From assembly GCA_963716725.1 (NCBI GenBank), contig CAVQUB010000005.1, positions 160,001 to 224,000 of the forward strand: 64,000 nt of DNA, in the 5' to 3' direction. The DNA is from an uncultured delta proteobacterium (GTDB lineage: Bacteria > Myxococcota_A > Polyangia > Polyangiales > Polyangiaceae). The position numbers were made by a program, and so were the translations under genes. The stretch's first letter is position 1, and every line of letters starts with the position of its first letter. Shown here in pieces: positions 19,501-28,831 of this stretch. The notes beneath the pieces are model-generated. The model searched no databases and was not told the DNA's origin. It was given only the letters and a program-made list of their open reading frames with translations.

Positions 19501-20190
19501 TTACGACTGGGCGGCGACGGGCGCGAGCCGGTGGCGGCGCAGGGCGAGAAGGTGCTCGTCGGTGGCGGTGACGGCGGCGAGCAGAATGTCGCGCATCACG
19601 TTGCGCCAAGGCCGAGTGCTTTGCTCGTCAGAGCGCAGGGTTACGCCGCGCTAGAGCGTGAGCAAGGTGTAGGCAATGCGGCGCAACACGATCACGACGA
19701 CGGTTGCTCGTGGATTCTGCTCGATCCATGGATGGTCGCCCCTCGCCAGGGACTTCCAAGGGTCGTCCTCTGCGAAAGCCGTGTCGAGGATTTGGTGGGA
19801 GGTCTCGACACCCCAGTGCCGACGCACGACGAGCAACCATTGCGCATGCGTCAGCCGAGAGCGCGGCAAGCTCGAAACGAAGTAGCGGTTTTCAACGTGA
19901 TGCAGTTGCCCTTCTGGTCGAGCGTCTCGACCTCGACACGGAGCACGGTGCGCAGGTGGTCCCAGCCTTCTGGCGCGGCGCCGGCTTCATCGATGTAGAG
20001 CCGACGCACCACGGTGTTGCCGTGGTCGAAGTCGCTGCTGGTTGCTACTGCTTGTGCCGGCGCACGTTCACCCAACCAGCGCACGGCCTCTTCGTACAGT
20101 GTCGGCTGTGTGCTCTTGATGGCCATCAGGTAGTGAAGCCCGCGGTCACGTGCGGCCTGGGCGTTTTGCTTCGAGCAAGCGCCGGTATCG
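19501..20190 (-). pseudogene. ISAs1-family transposase remnant
   Basis: YLMAIKSTQPTL and VRRHWGVE...LDTAFAED...LRRIAY in different frames; internal stop at 19651; 5' part absent. Confidence 0.8.
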
Positions 20191-20257
20191 TCCCTCGTCA
20201 GCTCACGATCAGTCACATCTTTTGATCCGGTTTCGTCCTCCTGTGCGTCCGGAGAGC

Positions 20258-20600
20258 ATGGCAAGAGCGAAGGCGAAGGTGCGAGTGTCTGTGGCGAAGG
20301 AGTTCGAGGGGGGTGAGCTTGGGGATCGGCGGCTGAACGCCCGACTGGAGCGGATCGCGCGAGCAGCGGACGCGAACCCGAGCGATACCTTTCCCGACAT
20401 GATGGGCTCTGGGGCAGAACTCGAAGGTTTCTACCGCTTTGTCCGGAACGAAAAGGTGAGCTTCGACGAGGTGCTCCGGCCGCACGTCAGCGCCACAGTG
20501 CGTCGGGTTGCGGAGCACGACGAGGTGATCGTGATGCACGACACGACGGAGTTTCGGTTCTTGGGCGACAAGCGCCAGGGGCTCGGCAGGGTCGGCACCC
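20258..20600 (+). pseudogene. IS4-family (Tn5/IS50-like) transposase, N-terminal remnant
   Basis: EFEGGELGDRRLNARL, FYRFVRN, VMHDTTE; similarity ends after GLGRVG. Confidence 0.85.
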
Positions 20601-20908
20601 CATTTGCACCCAGTCGTGGGTGTTCTGCAACCGCTCGTCGATCTTCGTCGCTAGGCGCCGACGCTGTGGCCGACGTCGTCGTCTGGATCACGCTGCGACC
20701 GAAGTGAGCGCTGGCTAGTATCGCGCCGGTGAGGATCTGACCGGTTCACGCGGCCAGCTCGAGACTCGATCAGCCACGCGAGCGAGGCGCCGAAAAGGCG
20801 CGACAGCGACTCGAGAGCATTGGCGGATCCTGACGACCGTCCAGACCGGACTTGGAGTCGCGCCCGGCATGGGCGCAGAACAGAAGGCGAGAACGCGTGA
20901 GCTCGGAG

Positions 20909-21652
20909 CTACTTGTAGTTCTGCACCGCCCAGTTACCTGCTGAGCTGAAACCACACGCCACTTTCGTGAACCATTTTGCGCTCATGTTCACATAGTGGC
21001 CGCACACGTCGCCGGTTTGGGAGCCGTAGAAGTCACAGCCTGTACAGCCGCCCGGGCCGGTGCACTGGTCGCACCCGGCGCAGCCGGCCTTGTCCTTCTC
21101 GTTCCACATGCTGTTGAGGCAGCCGGTGATCCCCCCGCCCAGGCATTCGTTCTGACCGGAACCGCCATCACAGCCGAACTTCTTGGAGCTCCACGCGCCG
21201 TGCGCTTTGCCCGTCTTGTTGTCGTCCGTGGCTTGGAGGTCAGCGCAGTTTTCGCCGTCGGTCCAGCGCTGCAGCGGCTGCAGGCTCTTGGTCGCGCGCA
21301 ATTGGTTGATGGTATCCACGCAGGCCTGCCGTTGCGCTGCAAATGGGTCGCCGCCGGTCGTGCCGCCGCTCGACGCGCCGCCAGTCGATGCGCCGCCAGT
21401 CGATGCGCCGCCAGTCGATGCGCCGCCAGTCGATGCGCCGCCAGTCGATGCGCCGCCAGTCGATGCGCCGCCAGTCGATGCGCCGCCAGTCGCCGCGCCG
21501 CCAGTCGATGCGCCGCCAGTCGATGCGCCGCCAGTCGATGCGCCGCCAGTGCCCGAGGGCCCTGCGTCTTCGAACGACAGGTTGTCGTATCCGAGCACGT
21601 TGCTGCACGACAGGAGCGCTGGCAGCGCAAGCAACATCAAGCCACGCAACAT
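20909..21652 (-). CDS. Lipoprotein with (GGAST)n linker and CAP/SCP-like domain
   Basis: Lipobox LLS-C; CVDTINQLRA, AHG, GHYVNM, KVACG. Confidence 0.75.
   Translation of the reverse strand: MLRGLMLLALPALLSCSNVLGYDNLSFEDAGPSGTGGASTGGASTGGASTGGAATGGASTGGASTGGASTGGASTGGASTGGASTGGASTGGASSGGTTGGDPFAAQRQACVDTINQLRATKSLQPLQRWTDGENCADLQATDDNKTGKAHGAWSSKKFGCDGGSGQNECLGGGITGCLNSMWNEKDKAGCAGCDQCTGPGGCTGCDFYGSQTGDVCGHYVNMSAKWFTKVACGFSSAGNWAVQNYK
21370..21550. repeat. 15-bp coding tandem repeat, about 12 units
   Basis: (GCCGCCAGTCGATGC)n encoding GGAST, with single GGAAT and GGASS variants. Confidence 0.95.
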
Positions 21653-21765
21653 GAGCTCATAATGCGCGGTCTTGGCGTCCTCGTCGAGGCGCTGCCGCCT
21701 GACGGGCCCACTCTGACAAGAGCGCGCCCAAGACATCGATGATGCGCGCGGGAAACCGCTCCTTC

Positions 21766-23163
21766 TTACTCGAGCCAGCGAGCCAAGCCGCGGGCGTCCG
21801 GCAGTTCGATCACCCCGTCGGAGTCCAAATCTTCGACTCGGGTCTGCCACTCGGGGGTCTTGAAGCTCGAGCTCAGCACGCAAGCGCCGCTCGGGTGGAT
21901 GCTCGGCGCGTTGAACGAGCCCGGGAACTTGCCGAGCCTGGGTGCGGCGCTGCCCCGCACGAGCTGGAGGCTATCGCCGCTGAGCGAGCCCTTCGGCGCG
22001 GGGTCTTGCCAGATGTCCGACGGCGTTCCGCAGTAGGTGTCGCTGCCGTCGGAGCCGACGATGGCGACGGTGCCGCCGCGCTCGACCAGACCCAGCGCCG
22101 CGATGCTCGTCAACGGGGTGCCGACAGGGGTCTCGGCGGTCGGCGACGTCAACCACACCTGAAGCTGGCCGCCGGCGATGCGCGAGCGAAGCAGGGAACC
22201 GCTCGACGTGAGCGTGCCAGGCCAGCCGGAGTTGCAGTAAAACGAGAGATCATCGGGTTTTGGGCTGGTGTCCGGATAGAAGTCGAGTTTCGCCGTGGAG
22301 ACGTGGACGACCAATACGTCGCCCTTGGCCCAAGTGTCGCGGCGAAGCAGGGCATAGCCCTCGTCGCGTACCTGCTCGATGATTGGGGAGTGTTCGTCCG
22401 TTGCTCCGAAGTCTCCGAGCGCCAGCGCCTGAGTGCCGTTCGGGGTTGCGATTCGGAGTGTCTGGGTCAGCGGCTCGATGAAGACGAGGCGCTCACCGAC
22501 GCGCCACACCGGCGCTTTGCCGGAGTAGACAGGCACCACGCTACCGCTCTCGGAGATGAAAGCGTGAGCGGCGTCGGCGCTCCAAGTTGAGCGTGCCGGA
22601 GTGAAGCCGTTCGCGGTCGGGCCCACCGGGATCCACGGCCCGAGACTGGTCAGCGTGCTGCCGTCCCAACGGAAGCCCTCTTGGTCTTCGCCTTTTCCGA
22701 GCGTGAACGCCACCCACCCGTCATCGCTGGGGAATGGGTGGCTGATGAAGCCGTCGGTAAACGACCGCTGCGCGAGCAGCGTGCCGCGGCGGTCGAACAT
22801 CTGCAGGGTGCTTTGTTCGCCGACGTCGGTATGAGTCGCCACGAAGATCCGCGTAGCGGACGATCGCACTTCGGCCTGCACCGGCGGCGCGGTGCCCGGC
22901 GCAGACCAAGCGATGCTGGAGCTGCCGTCGTGATGCACGAACTCCACGCTGTTCGTTGTTGGGTAGTAGAGCGCGACATCGTGGCCGTCCGTGACGGGGG
23001 CTCCCGAGCAAATCAGGCTCTTCGCCGCGGGTGGGGTCGGCGTCGGGGACGGGGCAGGCCCGGGCGTCGGATCCTGGTGCGCGGGCGAGTCGACGGCGAC
23101 GCCGCCGCAGGCGGTCAGGGAGAGCGAGAGGGAAGCCGCGAGGCCAAAGCGAAGGTGGTGCAT
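21766..23163 (-). CDS. Lipoprotein, possibly beta-propeller-like
   Basis: MHHLRFGLAASLSLSLTA-C, Pro/Thr linker, beta-rich body. Confidence 0.7.
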   Translation of the reverse strand: MHHLRFGLAASLSLSLTACGGVAVDSPAHQDPTPGPAPSPTPTPPAAKSLICSGAPVTDGHDVALYYPTTNSVEFVHHDGSSSIAWSAPGTAPPVQAEVRSSATRIFVATHTDVGEQSTLQMFDRRGTLLAQRSFTDGFISHPFPSDDGWVAFTLGKGEDQEGFRWDGSTLTSLGPWIPVGPTANGFTPARSTWSADAAHAFISESGSVVPVYSGKAPVWRVGERLVFIEPLTQTLRIATPNGTQALALGDFGATDEHSPIIEQVRDEGYALLRRDTWAKGDVLVVHVSTAKLDFYPDTSPKPDDLSFYCNSGWPGTLTSSGSLLRSRIAGGQLQVWLTSPTAETPVGTPLTSIAALGLVERGGTVAIVGSDGSDTYCGTPSDIWQDPAPKGSLSGDSLQLVRGSAAPRLGKFPGSFNAPSIHPSGACVLSSSFKTPEWQTRVEDLDSDGVIELPDARGLARWLE

Positions 23164-23304
23164 GGCTCTGTGATGCCAGCGCCGGGGCCTTCGGACCAAC
23201 GAAATGATTCGCACGTATCGTTCGAAACAGCAGAACGATTTCAGGGCCCCTTCAGCGATTGCTGGGACAAACGAGAGGCCTGCGCGTCGCGCGCGGGGTC
23301 GTCC

Positions 23305-23406
23305 GCCCCAATCCGTCGGGCCGTGTGCTTCCCGGCGCGCGTGTCTCTCTGGCTGCGTGCGCTGTTCGCGGCGTACCTGGCACGGAGCTACGGGTTCGCG
23401 CGTTGA
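23305..23406 (+). pseudogene. Degenerate duplicate of the CPBP protease 3' end
   Basis: AVCFPARVSLWLRA-LFAAYLARSYGFAR* vs AVFFPALAFGWLRA...LFAAYLARSYGMGR*; 20 identical nt at 23362 and 14459. Confidence 0.8.
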
Positions 23407-23415
23407 GGTGATACG

Positions 23416-24270
23416 GTGAGCGCCGTGTTCGTCTCGAGTTTGCTCGATCGCATCGTCGATCTCGCGTTGGCCGAAGATCTCGAAGGCGGCGACTTGACCA
23501 CCGAAGCCACGGTGTCGCACGAGGCTCGCGCGGTGGCTCGCGCGGTGGCGCGGACCGATTTGGTGGTCTGCGGAGGAGACGTCTTCGCGCGGGTGTTCTA
23601 TCGGGTAGATCCGGGGCTGCGCGTCGAGCGCCTGCTCGACGAAGGCGCCGACGCGAAGCGGGGCGACGTGCTCTGGGTGGTCGAAGGCGCCGCGCGTTCG
23701 TTGCTGATGGGCGAGCGCACCGCGCTCAACTTCGCGCAGCGCATGAGCGGGATAGCGACGCTGGCCCGGCGCTACGTTCGGGCGCTGCCCGAGGGATCGG
23801 CCACGCGCATCACCGACACCCGCAAGACCACGCCCGGGCTGCGGGCCCTCGAGCGCTACGCGGTGCGGACCGGCGGCGCCCACAACCATCGCGACACGCT
23901 CGGCTCGGCGGTGATGATCAAGGACAACCACATCCAAGCGGCCGGCGGCATTCGAGTCGCCGTCGAGCGGGCGCGGGTCCGGGCACCGCACACCTCGAAG
24001 ATCGAGGTCGAGGTGGCGTCCCTCAGCGAACTCGACCAGGCGCTGGCCGCCGGCGCGGACATCGTGATGCTCGACAACTTCGCGCCGGACGAGGTGGTGG
24101 AGGCAGTAGCCAAGGCCAAGGGCAAGGCGTTGGTCGAGGTCTCGGGGGGCGTCACCCTCGATCGCATCGCCGAACTCGCGGCCAAGGGCGTGGACGTGAT
24201 CAGCTCGGGCGCCCTCACGCACTCGGCGCCGAGCGCCGACATCGCGCTGGATCTCGAGCGACTGGGATGA
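23416..24270 (+). CDS. nadC: Nicotinate-nucleotide diphosphorylase (quinolinate phosphoribosyltransferase)
   Basis: ERTALNF, DTRKTTPGLR, IKDNH, IEVEV, IVMLDN, SGG. Confidence 0.97.
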   Translation: MSAVFVSSLLDRIVDLALAEDLEGGDLTTEATVSHEARAVARAVARTDLVVCGGDVFARVFYRVDPGLRVERLLDEGADAKRGDVLWVVEGAARSLLMGERTALNFAQRMSGIATLARRYVRALPEGSATRITDTRKTTPGLRALERYAVRTGGAHNHRDTLGSAVMIKDNHIQAAGGIRVAVERARVRAPHTSKIEVEVASLSELDQALAAGADIVMLDNFAPDEVVEAVAKAKGKALVEVSGGVTLDRIAELAAKGVDVISSGALTHSAPSADIALDLERLG

Positions 24271-25043
24271 GCAGCCTCGACGCGGCGCGAGTCGCGGAGC
24301 TGCGCCTTTTGCGCGGCGTCACGATTGGAGATCCCCTGGTGGCCGTCTCCGAGACGGGATCGACCAACGACGACGCCATGGACGCGGCGCGGGCCGGCGC
24401 TCCGCACGGTGCGACCTTCGTCGCTGACACGCAGACCCGCGGACGCGGGCGGCGCGGGGCGCGTTGGACCTCGCCGCCGGGCGAGAACCTGCTCGTGTCG
24501 GTGTTGCTCCGGCCCGAGCTGTCGCCCGAGCGCACCGGAACGCTGACGCTAGCCGTGGGGCTCGCGGTGCGCGAGGTCGCGGCGGCGCGGACTCGGGCCG
24601 ACCTGCGCGTGAAGTGGCCCAACGACGTGCTCGCGGGCGACGCCAAGCTCGCTGGGATCTTGCTCGAGAGCCAGCTCGAGGCCGGTCGCGTCACGGCCGT
24701 GGTGGTCGGCATCGGGATCAACGTCGCGATGCGCGAGCTGCCCTCCGAGCTCCGAGGCGTCGCGACCTCCCTCGCGCTGCTCGGTGATCCCAGCCCGAGT
24801 CGCGAAGAGGTCCTGGTCGAGCTGCTCGCAGCGATCGAGCGACGCCTCGCCATCCACCAGCGCGACGGGCTGGCCCCGGTGCTGGACGAGCTGCGCTCCT
24901 TCGACGCGCTCGCGGATCGCCGGGTGCGGGTCGATCGGGTCGAGGGCACGGCCGCCGGCATCGCCGAGGACGGCGCGCTCCTGGTGCGGACCGACGCCGG
25001 GATCGAGGCACGGATCACCGCCGGCGGCGTTGTGCTGGTCTGA
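24267..25043 (+). CDS. birA: Biotin-protein ligase (no HTH domain)
   Basis: STN, QTRGRGRRG, KWPND, KLAGIL, GIGINV. Confidence 0.95.
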   Translation: MSSLDAARVAELRLLRGVTIGDPLVAVSETGSTNDDAMDAARAGAPHGATFVADTQTRGRGRRGARWTSPPGENLLVSVLLRPELSPERTGTLTLAVGLAVREVAAARTRADLRVKWPNDVLAGDAKLAGILLESQLEAGRVTAVVVGIGINVAMRELPSELRGVATSLALLGDPSPSREEVLVELLAAIERRLAIHQRDGLAPVLDELRSFDALADRRVRVDRVEGTAAGIAEDGALLVRTDAGIEARITAGGVVLV

Positions 25044-25156
25044 CGCGGGCGGCGTGCCATGTGTGCCACTGTGCCGCCAAAGCGCACACAAACCAGGAAA
25101 ATCCTGGGAATTTGTCAGGGGCACATCCCGGCACACTGGTTGCTCTAGGTCCCCAC

Positions 25157-25843
25157 ATGATCAAGACCCTCGCCCTGACCGTCGCCGGCCTCGCCCTCGT
25201 GCTCACCGCCGCTTGCGGCGGCAAGACCGACGACCCCAACAACAACTCGGGCGGCAGCGCTGGCAGTGGCGCCACCGGAGCCACCGGAGGCGGGGGCAGC
25301 GGCGGCGCGAGCGGGGGCAGCGGCGGCGCGAGCGGGGGCAGCGGCGGCATGCCGGTCGAGTGTTCGGTCCCCATCACCGAGCCCGGGCCGTACCCGACCA
25401 AGCTCCGCTTCGTGAACCCTGGCAGCGCGTCGCTCTTCGTCCGCGAAGACTGCCAGCTTCGCTGGGAGCTCTATTCGTGCGCCGACGGCTACTCGAAGGA
25501 GGTCCCGCACGAGGCCGACTGCATGTCGTCCTGCGCGGAGGCGGGCATGGGCTGCATCGCCTGCGGCGCTTGCATGATGCAGGCGATCGAGGTGACGACC
25601 GCCAGCCCCCTCGAGACCGATTGGAGCGGATCGACGTTCGACTTCGCGCAGAAGAACGGCTGCTCCTGCTACAACAAGAGCAACGCTGTGCCCGGAAAAT
25701 ACGCGATCCGCGTGCCAGTGTTCACTTCCAAAGAAGACGCCGAGAGCTTCAGCGCTGGCTACGAAGTCTGGGGCTACTTCGATCTTCCCGCGAAGAACGG
25801 CGTCGTCGAGGTGACCTTGGTGCCGACGCCCGAAGAGGGGTGA
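25157..25843 (+). CDS. Gly-linker, Cys-rich lipoprotein
   Basis: Lipobox TAA-C; GGSGG linker. Confidence 0.75.
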   Translation: MIKTLALTVAGLALVLTAACGGKTDDPNNNSGGSAGSGATGATGGGGSGGASGGSGGASGGSGGMPVECSVPITEPGPYPTKLRFVNPGSASLFVREDCQLRWELYSCADGYSKEVPHEADCMSSCAEAGMGCIACGACMMQAIEVTTASPLETDWSGSTFDFAQKNGCSCYNKSNAVPGKYAIRVPVFTSKEDAESFSAGYEVWGYFDLPAKNGVVEVTLVPTPEEG

Positions 25844-25849
25844 CGAAGA

Positions 25850-25974
25850 GTGAACGCGTCTGCCCCCACCTGTCCGCGCTGCGCCGAGCCGCTCGGAATT
25901 GCGCAGGCGCCGGACATGCAGGGGGGATGGTCCACGAGTGGCTGGACGCGAGCGTTCGCAGCCGGGGTTTCTAG
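25850..25974 (+). pseudogene. 5' remnant of a zf-TFIIB-type zinc-ribbon gene
   Basis: GTG NASAPTCPRCAEPL..., with WLD in a shifted frame. Confidence 0.4.
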
Positions 25975-25992
25975 CGGCTGGCCCGGACGCGC

Positions 25993-26036
25993 GTCAATAC
26001 ACCTGTATTGACATAGGCTCGAGTCGGGCTCAGGCT
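25993..26036 (+). promoter_or_regulatory. Palindromic operator overlapping -35 of a putative leaderless promoter
   Basis: GTCAATACA-CC-TGTATTGAC (25993-26012); TTGACA at 26008, 17 nt spacer, CAGGCT at 26031, GTG at 26044. Confidence 0.7.
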
Positions 26037-26043
26037 GGGAGCT

Positions 26044-26535
26044 GTGGCCACCAAGACGACTCAACTCCAGATCCGGGTGACGGCTCGCCAAAAGGCCAGG
26101 CTCCGGCAACGAGCCAAGGCCGCGCGGATGAGCCTGTCGGAGTGGGTGCTGGCGCAAGCGTTTCCCCCCCGCCGCGCCGAGTTCGACCGCCTGGTCTCGG
26201 AGCTCGAGTTCGAAGACCGGCGCTCTTTCGCGCTCGCGGCGCTGCACGACTTCCTGGCCGGGCTCGACGCGGACGAGCTGCCTCGGGTGCTCGACGAGCC
26301 GCCGGTCGCGCGTCCGCCCGCGCCCTACGACGCGGTGCTCGCCGCGATGATCGAGCATGCAGCGTCGCGCGCGTCCGCGCGCGTGCCGGTGTGGGTTCGA
26401 GACACCCCCGCAGTCCCGACTCCCTGGTTTGCTTCCGCTCTCAGGAGCGTGCGCCTGCACTTGCTCGCCAGCTCTCCGCCCGCGTTCCGACGCCGCAACC
26501 TATTCGTGGACACGGCCGTCGGGGGACGAGTGTGA
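26044..26535 (+). CDS. RHH (DUF1778-like) N-terminal protein, putative antitoxin
   Basis: TTQLQIRVTARQKARLRQRAKAARMSLSEWV; C-terminal SPPAFRRRNLFV; GTGA overlap with the next gene. Confidence 0.75.
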   Translation: MATKTTQLQIRVTARQKARLRQRAKAARMSLSEWVLAQAFPPRRAEFDRLVSELEFEDRRSFALAALHDFLAGLDADELPRVLDEPPVARPPAPYDAVLAAMIEHAASRASARVPVWVRDTPAVPTPWFASALRSVRLHLLASSPPAFRRRNLFVDTAVGGRV

Positions 26536-27062
26536 TCGACAGCGCACTCTCGGCGGCAAAGATCCGCGTCCTGCTCTCCGCCCTCGAAGCGAAGCTTCGG
26601 GAGCGCAACGTCCACGGTGAGCTCTACGTGATCGGAGGAGCAGTCATGTGCCTGGTGTTCGGTGCGCGCGAGGCGACGCGTGACGTAGACGCCCTGTTCG
26701 CACCCACGCGGGAGCTGCGCGAAGCCGCAGCGCGCGTGGCGACCGAGCACGGGCTGCCAGACACCTGGCTCAACGACGCGGCCAAGGGCTACCTGAGCGC
26801 GACCGGCAGCTTCGCACCCTTTCTGTCGCTGCCGAACCTGAGCGTCGCGACCGCTACGCCGGAGTACCTGCTGGCGATGAAGTGTCTCGCGATGCGCCTG
26901 GGGCCCGAGTTCCACGATGAGGCGGACGTGCGCTACCTACTGCGATTTCTCAACATCGACCGCTACGCTGACGCCGTCCGGATCCTGGAGCTGTTCTACC
27001 CCATCCAGCGATTTCCGCAGAAGACGCTGTACGCCCTCGAAGAGATCTTGGACGGGGGGTAG
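26532..27062 (+). CDS. Nucleotidyltransferase (DUF6036/AbiEii-like), putative toxin
   Basis: VIGGAVM, ATRDVDA, WLND, YLLAMK, R...D..D. Confidence 0.8.
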   Translation: MIDSALSAAKIRVLLSALEAKLRERNVHGELYVIGGAVMCLVFGAREATRDVDALFAPTRELREAAARVATEHGLPDTWLNDAAKGYLSATGSFAPFLSLPNLSVATATPEYLLAMKCLAMRLGPEFHDEADVRYLLRFLNIDRYADAVRILELFYPIQRFPQKTLYALEEILDGG

Positions 27063-27077
27063 CGACGCGCCGGATCC

Positions 27078-27151
27078 CGAATCAGGCCGCTTCAGCCAAC
27101 GCCGGCGCGTTCGTCTCGCGCAGCCGTTCGGCCAGCAGGCGGCGCCCGCGG
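27078..27151 (-). pseudogene. Duplicate of the ECF sigma 3' end
   Basis: RGRRLLAERLRETNAPALAEAA* vs RGRRLLAERLRETIAPVLAEAA*; about 67/74 nt identical to 31782-31855 by eye. Confidence 0.9.
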
Positions 27152-27276
27152 TCGGTCCGGCCGGGGTCGCGCTCGACCTGTGCGCGGCCCACGGCACTTG
27201 GTTCGACGTCCTGGAGATCCAGCGCATCATGAGCGACGCGGAGCATCGGCCTCGAGCGCCCGCTCAGTACGAGTAG
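27152..27276 (+). pseudogene. 3' remnant of a zf-TFIIB-type zinc-ribbon gene
   Basis: GVALDLCAAHGTWFDVLEIQRI parallels IDACPEGCGIWLDVGELQAL of 53051-53497. Confidence 0.55.
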
Positions 27277-28091
27277 GTCAACTCGTAGCTGTCGCACGCG
27301 TCGGCCGTTTGCGACACGGTGGTGAACAGCGTCGCCGCCTGCGTGCTGCCCACGCCCGAGCAGCTGACCTGCAGCTCCACGGCTTGTGTCCCGCAGCAGC
27401 CCTTGCGCCCGGCCGGAGAGGTCGCCGTCGTGCCCTTGGTGCACAGGATGTTCGCCGCGCCGTTGGTGCAGGTGGCGTACATGCAAACGTCGAGGGAGGC
27501 CTTGTCCACGGAAGCCTTCGCCTTCGGAGAACAGCCGATCACGGCGCCGGCAGCCTCGATCTTGTACCAGTCGACGTCTTTCTTGCCTGCCAAGATGCCC
27601 TTCTCGGTCTTGGCCGCAGCGCTGCAATTGACGCCGGCGATGGGCGCTGCTGCGGACTCGCTTTCGTTGGGCTCGTTCAGCGGGTCAGGGCAGTTCGCGG
27701 TGCCGCCGGTGCCGCCGGTAGCCGCGCCGCCCGTTCCACCGCTGCCGCCCGTTCCACCGCTACCGCCCGTTCCACCGCTGCCGCCCGCGCCGCCGGTTGC
27801 TCCGCCGCTGCCGCCCGCGCCGCCCGTTGCGCCACCGCTGCCGCCGCCCGCGCTGCCTCCCGCTCCAGCGGCTCCGCCGGTCGCCGCGCCCCCCGAGCCA
27901 GCATTCCCAGCGGCTCCGCCGGTCGCGCCGGCGCTGCCGCCCGCGCCGCCCGTTGCGCCGCCGCTACCGCCCGTCGCACCGCCCTTGCCGCCGGTGGCGG
28001 TGAACGAATCATCCTCGCCGCCGCAGCCCACGGCCGCAGCCGAGAGAACGATGGCCAACCCGGTGATCCATGACAGTTCGAATCCACGCAT
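27264..28091 (-). CDS. Gly-rich lipoprotein with EPNE/DVDWY domain
   Basis: Lipobox AVG-C; long GGATGG linker; EPNESE and DVDWY (PPC-like). Confidence 0.75.
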   Translation of the reverse strand: MRGFELSWITGLAIVLSAAAVGCGGEDDSFTATGGKGGATGGSGGATGGAGGSAGATGGAAGNAGSGGAATGGAAGAGGSAGGGSGGATGGAGGSGGATGGAGGSGGTGGSGGTGGSGGTGGAATGGTGGTANCPDPLNEPNESESAAAPIAGVNCSAAAKTEKGILAGKKDVDWYKIEAAGAVIGCSPKAKASVDKASLDVCMYATCTNGAANILCTKGTTATSPAGRKGCCGTQAVELQVSCSGVGSTQAATLFTTVSQTADACDSYELTYSY

Positions 28092-28190
28092 GAAGATACC
28101 TCCTGTCAGCCAGTGTTCTTCAGGCGGAAATGCGACGTGAGCGTTGTTTTTCGACGCCGCCGTCGGCTGCCGACACCCCTGTCGGCTTCG

Positions 28191-28787
28191 CTATTTCTCG
28201 GGCTCGTTCGTGTCGTCGTTCGACGGCCCCTTTTCGTCACCCAAGCAGAAGCCCTGCCAGCGTCGCCGGAGCGGCGTGCTCGTGCGCAGCTCGGGTATCA
28301 TTGCCCCGGCCATCGAGATCCCGGCGATGAACGCAGCGGCGGTCCTCGCGTCCGCCGGCAACGCTCCGGCCTTGCTGCTCAGCCGCTCCAGTCGACCCAA
28401 GAGCTGGCGCGCCTCGTCGCGGATCTGAGCCAGTTGCTCGCCTGAAAAGGCAGGCCGCTTGTCGACGGACGCATCGAAGAGCAGGGTGAACGCGGCGGGC
28501 CGCGACTGTGCCAGGCGCACCGGGACGTCGAGGGACTCTGCCAGCGACTTTGCCTCTTCCAGGCGTTCTTGCAGGTCCTCGAGGGCCGATCGTGCCAACT
28601 CCTGAATCAACGTCTCGAGGGACTCGAAGTAGGTGTAGAGGGTGGCGCGTCCGAGCTCCGCGTGGGACGCCACGCGCTCGACGCTGAACGTCGCCCAGCC
28701 GTGCTCTTCGGCGACCTGCCAGGCGGAGGCCAGGATGGCGGTCCGCCGATTGGCCTTTTCGCGTTCGCGCCGCTCGTTGATGCCCAC
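28191..28787 (-). CDS. TetR/AcrR family regulator
   Basis: RREREKANRRTAIL...SVERVASHAELGRATLYTYF. Confidence 0.9.
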   Translation of the reverse strand: MGINERREREKANRRTAILASAWQVAEEHGWATFSVERVASHAELGRATLYTYFESLETLIQELARSALEDLQERLEEAKSLAESLDVPVRLAQSRPAAFTLLFDASVDKRPAFSGEQLAQIRDEARQLLGRLERLSSKAGALPADARTAAAFIAGISMAGAMIPELRTSTPLRRRWQGFCLGDEKGPSNDDTNEPEK

Positions 28788-28831
28788 GCTCCAATCGAAC
28801 GCTACGTTGCACACTCCGTCAAGCAAGGGGG

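Noticed and set aside
21370..21550. Possible CRISPR array
   Set aside because: Contiguous 15-bp units with no spacers, in frame in a lipoprotein; no cas genes seen.
27690..28000. Low-complexity GCC-rich repeats (also 25250-25350 and 40965-41065)
   Set aside because: Ordinary Gly-rich lipoprotein linkers.
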